This document shows, piece by piece, positions 58,873 to 64,000 of a stretch of 64,000 nucleotides of DNA. This DNA is from Shimia sp. (GTDB taxonomy: Bacteria > Pseudomonadota > Alphaproteobacteria > Rhodobacterales > Rhodobacteraceae), in contig NZ_JBDVNC010000003.1 of assembly GCF_039969785.1 (NCBI RefSeq), forward strand, positions 513 through 64,512, in the 5' to 3' direction. The number at the start of each line of letters is the position of its first letter. Position 1 is the first letter of the stretch. The notes under the pieces were generated by a model that was not told the DNA's origin, did not search any database, and was given only the letters and a program-made list of their open reading frames with translations. Both the position numbers and the translations under genes were made by a program.

Positions 58873-59703
58873 ATGAACGATTCCACAGCTGCACGAACGA
58901 TAGTGATCCCCGGCGCCAATGGCCGGGTGGGTCAGTTGCTGCGACGGGCATGGGAGGAAGCGCCGCTGAACGACTGGCGCCCGGTGTGGTGTGCACGCGC
59001 ACCGGGACCAGACATAGATATGGTCTGGCAACCGGGAGAGGCCGTGCCTTTGAAGGCTGACGCGGTGCTGGCGCTTTGGGGCGTGGTGCCCAGATCCGGA
59101 GACCTGCAGGATAATGTGAAGCTTGCCCGCGCAGCTATGGCGCTGGGGCGCGATTGTGGGGCGCAGCGGGTTCTGCATCTGTCAAGCGCCGCAGTCTATG
59201 GGCCCGGCACCAGATTGCACGAGAACATGCTCTGCGCCCCAGCCAGTGACTATGGCACGGACAAGCTGGCGATGGAGACGGCCATTGCGGCCGAGCCGGG
59301 ACCAGATGCCTGTGCGCTGCGGTTGGCTAATGTGGTGGGGGCTGACAGCCTGTTTCGATCACTGGAGAGCGATGCACCGATGGTAATTGATCGCTTTGCC
59401 AACGGACAGGGGCCGCACCGCAGCTATGCCAGCCCATTGGGTATTTTGCGTGCAGTACAGGCTCTGTTACGAGTTGAAATCTTGCCCGATGTGATCAATG
59501 TCGCATTGCCCGGCACTGTCAGTATGGACGCGCTGGCCATGGCGGCGGGGCGGGTATTTGACTGGCGCGCAGCACCCGAAGGGCCCTTGGCCGAGGTCGT
59601 GCTGGATACGCGCCGCCTGCAGACACTGACCCAGGATAAAGCCAAAGCGGAACCGGACGCGATCATTGCAGAGTGGCGCAGGCTGCGGAGGGCGCAGGCA
59701 TGA
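58873..59703 (+). CDS. NAD-dependent epimerase/dehydratase (extended SDR)
   Basis: IPGANGRVG, LSSAAVYG, YGTDK (YxxxK), LRLANVVG. Confidence 0.82.
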   Translation: MNDSTAARTIVIPGANGRVGQLLRRAWEEAPLNDWRPVWCARAPGPDIDMVWQPGEAVPLKADAVLALWGVVPRSGDLQDNVKLARAAMALGRDCGAQRVLHLSSAAVYGPGTRLHENMLCAPASDYGTDKLAMETAIAAEPGPDACALRLANVVGADSLFRSLESDAPMVIDRFANGQGPHRSYASPLGILRAVQALLRVEILPDVINVALPGTVSMDALAMAAGRVFDWRAAPEGPLAEVVLDTRRLQTLTQDKAKAEPDAIIAEWRRLRRAQA

Positions 59704-60326
59704 CCCCGGCAAGACGATTGATGGATATTGTACTGGCACTGTTACTGCTGGCTGTACTCTGGCCGGTTCTGATTGTGATGGTCTTGGCAATCCTGATCCT
59801 AGACGGGCGGCCAGTGCTGTATATTTCGGAACGCATGCAAACACCGGACAAACCGTTCATGCTGTGGAAGTTTCGCACCATGACCACAGACAAGAATGAC
59901 AGCGGTGTATCTGGTGGCGACAAGGCACACAGAGTGACCCGGACAGGCGCCGTAATGCGGCGATATCGGCTGGATGAGCTGCCCCAACTGATGAATATTC
60001 TGCGCGGCGATATCGGCTTTGTCGGCCCGCGCCCGCCGCTGCGCCGTTATGTCGAACGCTTTCCCGATCTTTATGCAGCCGTGCTGAAGGACCGCCCCGG
60101 CGTGACTGGTTTGGCCACGCTGGTGTTTCACCGGACCGAAGAAAAGCTGTTGTCGGAATGTGCCACGCCCCAAGAAACCGAGGAGGTTTATGAACGGCGC
60201 TGCGTGCCGACCAAGGCGCGGCTGGATATGATCTATGCCAAGAACCGGACCCTGAGGCTTGATCTACGCATGATGGTGGCCACAGTGTTTCGGCGCGTGC
60301 CACCGGTTATACGCAAACGTTCCTAG
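59700..60326 (+). CDS. Priming polyprenyl-phosphate sugar transferase (Bac_transf / PglC-like)
   Basis: ATGA-coupled; one N-terminal TM, WKFRTM, RLDELPQLMNILRGD..FVGPRP, PGVTGLA. Confidence 0.93.
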   Translation: MTPARRLMDIVLALLLLAVLWPVLIVMVLAILILDGRPVLYISERMQTPDKPFMLWKFRTMTTDKNDSGVSGGDKAHRVTRTGAVMRRYRLDELPQLMNILRGDIGFVGPRPPLRRYVERFPDLYAAVLKDRPGVTGLATLVFHRTEEKLLSECATPQETEEVYERRCVPTKARLDMIYAKNRTLRLDLRMMVATVFRRVPPVIRKRS

Positions 60327-60372
60327 AGGCGTGTTTTGCGCACAAAATATAGACTAAACGGCAATTTAGACC

Positions 60373-61335
60373 CTACTTAAGTTCCGCTTGAAGCCAAGCA
60401 ATCAAACGGTTTTGTACGTCTTCGCTGAGCGCCTTGCCCTTGAGGGTGAGACTGTCGCGCCCAACTTTCATCTCCAAACCCGGCGCGATTTCCATCGGGG
60501 CTGGCGTTGGCAAGGTTTGCAGCTTGAGCGCTGTTGTAATCGCAGACTGTTCTGTCTCGGGCGTGACCGGATTTGCGATATCGAGCACGGTGCGCAAACG
60601 GGCCGTCAGGGTGGTGTCGACTTCTAGCGCTTTGGACAGCTGCAGCCCCAACCGTTCACCGATTGCCTGCGGAAAGCGCAAGTTGCCATCCAGTGCGGAA
60701 ACGATGGTGATGAAGGATTTAATTTTGGAGCGTTTGGCGCGGGACGCCGATGCAAAGAGGGTCTGCAAAGCCTCTTTTTGACTTGAATAGACTCTGTTTT
60801 CAACAGTACGCGACACAATTCTGGCGCGTTCGTAGAAGGACAGCCCAACCCGGATTTCATTTTCCTCGACCATGGCAAGATAGGCTTGGGTCGACTGGTC
60901 AGGCTGGCGCACCAGCGCTTTGACGGTCGTGAATTGATCATCGCCGGTTTCGGCATAAAGACGGTTCAGCGCAGAACACCGGCGCCAGCCTGAGATCAGC
61001 CCGTAGCGATCATTGCCAAGGGGGGCCACCTCGATCGGGGTTTGCTGACCGCGTGCGTACAGACTATCGACCAGCGCTTGCATCTCTTCATCGTCAACAG
61101 GCAAGCGATCGCGCACCAGATAATTCAGATCGAGATGCGACAGGGGCAGGGTGATCACCAGCCGCCCTTCGGCCCGTGCAGAACTCAGGGTTCGGGTGAC
61201 CTCTTCGAGGGCAGCCCGTGCCGACGCTTCGCCTGCGACATCCGCGATTGGCGGAGCTGAGGCCGGGCTGACTGGTGTTGGTTCTTCAGAGAAGAAGACC
61301 GGGTTGGCGGGGCTGAGGCGTTTGCGTTTGGCCAT
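60373..61335 (-). CDS. parB: ParB/RepB-family partition protein
   Basis: RDRL, GQQTPIEV, LISGWRR and ENEIRVGLSFYERA; adjacent to parA. Confidence 0.9.
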   Translation of the reverse strand: MAKRKRLSPANPVFFSEEPTPVSPASAPPIADVAGEASARAALEEVTRTLSSARAEGRLVITLPLSHLDLNYLVRDRLPVDDEEMQALVDSLYARGQQTPIEVAPLGNDRYGLISGWRRCSALNRLYAETGDDQFTTVKALVRQPDQSTQAYLAMVEENEIRVGLSFYERARIVSRTVENRVYSSQKEALQTLFASASRAKRSKIKSFITIVSALDGNLRFPQAIGERLGLQLSKALEVDTTLTARLRTVLDIANPVTPETEQSAITTALKLQTLPTPAPMEIAPGLEMKVGRDSLTLKGKALSEDVQNRLIAWLQAELK

Positions 61336-61349
61336 AATCCTGCTCTCTG

Positions 61350-62756
61350 TTATTGCGCAGCCTGTTGGGCATGCGCCAGTTCATCGCGCCGCCAGCTGCC
61401 AATCAGAAGCTGTTTGAAAGCGGCATAGGTGGCATCAAATGTTTCGCGCCCGCGCACATAGGTTTCGCGGTTGAAGTCGCGATAATCGGCCTCGTAGATG
61501 CCCTGTACTTGTTCGCCAGCCTGCCCAATCAGCGCGGTGAAGTCCTGACGATGGGGCGACAGAGTGGGACCAAGATAGGCCTGCATTAGCGCGGCCAGTT
61601 CCGCCTGCTGGGTGCCGTCATAGCGGGTAACCACAGCGCGGACCGCGTCCCATTGAAAGCTCAACTCTTCCCGACCCAAAGCGCGGGCGGCCATATTCTC
61701 GGCCTCTTCGATGGAGCCAAAGGTGGAATGCAGCATATCAAAGAACCGCCCCGTGCTGTCGAACTCAAGGAAAGACGCCCCAAGCGGAACCAGCAGGATA
61801 TCGGATGCGGCCAGCCCGTTGATGGTGAGATACCCAAGGGCAGGCGGGGTATCGAGGAAGATGACATCGTATTCATCCAGCAGCCCGTCTTCCTGAAGGC
61901 TGTCGGTCAACGCATCCCACAGCTTCCAGCCACGTGCCGCCATGCGCCAGACCGGGATTTGGAATTCGGCCCAATAGAGATTCAATTGTGCGCCAATCAG
62001 ATCGATATTAGGCCAGTGGGTTTTCTGCACCAGATCTTGCGCCCGTATGTCGAGCGCCTCGCTGAGCGTGTCATCAAGCGGGGTAGGGGCATCGCCCCGA
62101 TTCAGACGACGCTGATTTTCGGTGCGCAGATGACGCGCGTAATGACGGGCCATAAGCGGAAACACGGTTTGCCATTCATCTTCGACTTTGCCGCCGAACA
62201 CCGATGTCATCGACCCCTGACTGTCCAGATCGATCACCAGCACCTTGTACCCATCCAGCGCGGCAGACATGGCCAGATGCGCCGCAGTCGAGGTCTTACC
62301 TACTCCGCCTTTGAAATTGGCCACGGTGACAAGTTTGGCAGGCTGACCTTTGGGACGATAGGGCTGGTATTCCTTGGCCTTGGAACCCTCTTGTCCAAAA
62401 TGAGCCCGCAAGCGCAGAACTTCGTCCAGGGTGAACCATTTGGCGCCGCCTTGGGTTTCACTGCGCCCCTGTGGCAGATCCGGGTTTTGCTTCAGAACAC
62501 GGCGAAAATGGCCGGTGGCCACGGGGATTAGATACTTGGTAATTTCCCAGGTTGAGAACTGACGTAGATGTCGTGCCCCATCGCCTTCAAGCCCCCGGCT
62601 GGACAGATCGTTGCGCCCGGCTTCACAGGCCTTGGCGATGGTACCAAAATCCCGCGTCGTTGTTGCATTCCCAAGTTGTAATAAAGCCTGATCCGGATCG
62701 ATGTTGAAATAGGGGGGTAAGGCCCCTCCGGGCTCTTTGTGCTTGTCGGATTTCAT
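61350..62756 (-). CDS. parA: ParA-family ATPase with an N-terminal HTH extension
   Basis: ANFKGGVGKTST deviant Walker A, DLDSQGS, DTPPALG. Confidence 0.94.
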   Translation of the reverse strand: MKSDKHKEPGGALPPYFNIDPDQALLQLGNATTTRDFGTIAKACEAGRNDLSSRGLEGDGARHLRQFSTWEITKYLIPVATGHFRRVLKQNPDLPQGRSETQGGAKWFTLDEVLRLRAHFGQEGSKAKEYQPYRPKGQPAKLVTVANFKGGVGKTSTAAHLAMSAALDGYKVLVIDLDSQGSMTSVFGGKVEDEWQTVFPLMARHYARHLRTENQRRLNRGDAPTPLDDTLSEALDIRAQDLVQKTHWPNIDLIGAQLNLYWAEFQIPVWRMAARGWKLWDALTDSLQEDGLLDEYDVIFLDTPPALGYLTINGLAASDILLVPLGASFLEFDSTGRFFDMLHSTFGSIEEAENMAARALGREELSFQWDAVRAVVTRYDGTQQAELAALMQAYLGPTLSPHRQDFTALIGQAGEQVQGIYEADYRDFNRETYVRGRETFDATYAAFKQLLIGSWRRDELAHAQQAAQ

Positions 62757-62921
62757 CTGCTCCAGGCCTCTATGTGCGCTCTTTTATGCAATATAACACA
62801 AAACGTCTCACATGAAAGGGAAAGGCGAACACTTCCTCTTTTTCTAAGTAAAATCAGGGTGACAGTAGCCATCACATGGTTGGTTTGTGTGTGCGTAAGT
62901 ATCTGGATGGATCTCTTATCC

Positions 62922-63115
62922 AGTTAAATATGAGTTAATACAAAGTTACAGGGAAATATTGAATCGGGCAAAGCCCTTTGTTTCAAGGGCAAATGGGGTG
63001 CCATTTCAAGAGACGGTGACTCTGAAACCCCGATATAGTGACTCTGATCCCACGCGGGAGTGACTCTGATCCTCCGAAGCTGTTCATGCCCATACTGGAC
63101 GACACTTGTGGATAA
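62922..63115. promoter_or_regulatory. Plasmid origin region: AT-rich AGTTA x3, three iterons and a DnaA box
   Basis: AGTTA at 62922/62933/62944; GTGACTCTGA at 63016/63038/63060 (22-bp period); TGTGGATAA at 63107-63115 is a perfect DnaA box. Confidence 0.75.
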
Positions 63116-63210
63116 CTCTAGGATGAGTGTTACCGAAACCCCGAAAAACGGGGGCGGGATTCGCGCTGAAAGTAACATGAGCAGGGCGTGGGAAAGACAG
63201 GCGACAGACC

Positions 63211-64000
63211 ATGACCGGGACAGGTGGGGCAGGGGCGTTGACCCCTACTGAGACAGGCGCATTCTTTTTGTGCGATATTTTTGATGCCAGCCCCAAGGAT
63301 GATCTGGGGACGATGGAGCATCCGATTTTTTCGCTGAGCACGCGACCGGACCGGCGTATTCTGAGTTACGAGCATAACGGTACCACGATTGATGTAACGC
63401 CGAGCGTGCGGGGTCGGGCGACAATCCATGACAAGGACATCCTGATCTATTGTATCAGTCAGCTGATGGCGGCGGCGAATGCCGGGCGGGCGATTTCCCG
63501 CACATTGCACCTTAAGGCGCATGATCTTTTGACGGCGACGAACAGGGACACGTCGGGGGACGGTTATGCGCGTCTGCGCGACGCGTTTGAGAGGCTGGCG
63601 GGCACACGCATCACCACCAATTTGAGCACCGGCGGTGTCGAAGTGACATCCGGTTTTGGTTTGATCGAAAGCTGGGAGATTGTGCGTAAGGCCAAAGGCG
63701 GGCGCATGGTTAGCGTGACGGTGACATTGAGCGAATGGTTGTTTCGGGCGGTGCAGTCCAAGTCGGTGCTGACGCTGAATCGGGCGTATTTCGGATTGCG
63801 CAAACCGCTGGAGCGGCGGATTTACGAATTGGCCCGTAAGCATTGCGGGCGTCAGCCCGAGTGGCAGATCGGTTTGGCGACGCTGCATAAGAAGGCCGGA
63901 TCGACGGCACCAATCAGGGTGTTCCGCGCCGCGGTGCGCAAGATCATCGCAGGCGGCGGGCTACCCGAGTATCACATGCGCGAAGCGCCTGGCGATCTGA
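63211..64000 (+). CDS. repA: Replication initiator protein A (RPA family), 3'-truncated by the window edge
   Basis: Open from ATG 63211 to the window end: FFLCDIFDASPKDDLGTMEHPIFSLS...ATIHDKDILIYCISQL...FERLAGTRITTN...LRKPLERRIYELARKHCGRQ. Absent from the ORF track, presumably because it has no stop in the window. Confidence 0.93.
   Translation, partial: MTGTGGAGALTPTETGAFFLCDIFDASPKDDLGTMEHPIFSLSTRPDRRILSYEHNGTTIDVTPSVRGRATIHDKDILIYCISQLMAAANAGRAISRTLHLKAHDLLTATNRDTSGDGYARLRDAFERLAGTRITTNLSTGGVEVTSGFGLIESWEIVRKAKGGRMVSVTVTLSEWLFRAVQSKSVLTLNRAYFGLRKPLERRIYELARKHCGRQPEWQIGLATLHKKAGSTAPIRVFRAAVRKIIAGGGLPEYHMREAPGDL

Noticed and set aside
63016-63069. CRISPR mini-array
   Set aside because: The 10-bp repeats with 12-bp spacers are far too short, there are no cas genes, and the position next to repA indicates iterons.
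63130-63888. 252-aa minus-strand ORF
   Set aside because: It is the antisense shadow of repA, which is on the plus strand and open to the window end.
60373-64000. repABC operon
   Set aside because: The initiator is RPA-family and transcribed divergently from parAB; it is not a co-transcribed RepC.

Overview
This looks like a 64-kb segment of a Rhodobacteraceae (roseobacter-type) plasmid with the layout of the known rhamnose-operon 'biofilm' plasmids. The right end holds parB-parA, an iteron origin and an RPA-family repA that runs off the window and is missing from the ORF track. Left of that lie nucleotide-sugar genes (rfbCBDA, manC, ugd, an epimerase, a priming sugar transferase) and an ABC-type capsule exporter (kpsM, kpsE, kpsT). 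The centre (28.3-46.8 kb) is an array of six RTX/type-I-secreted proteins with different N-terminal cargo (GH12, vWA, M10 protease, propeller-like, unknown) and two families of shared C-terminal cassettes; a seventh RTX gene ends at position 520. The left 28 kb is a glycan synthesis and modification region: glf, two GlfT2-like galactofuranosyltransferases, a large GT2 protein, eight intact sulfotransferase-fold genes plus relics, a sulfatase, an O-acetyltransferase and a beta-helix protein resembling plant QRT3. This region is littered with decayed IS256, IS5, IS3, IS481, Tn3 and MITE-like pieces. I saw no rRNA, tRNA, CRISPR array, defence system or T1SS transporter. All family assignments come from motif recognition by eye; no database search was run.
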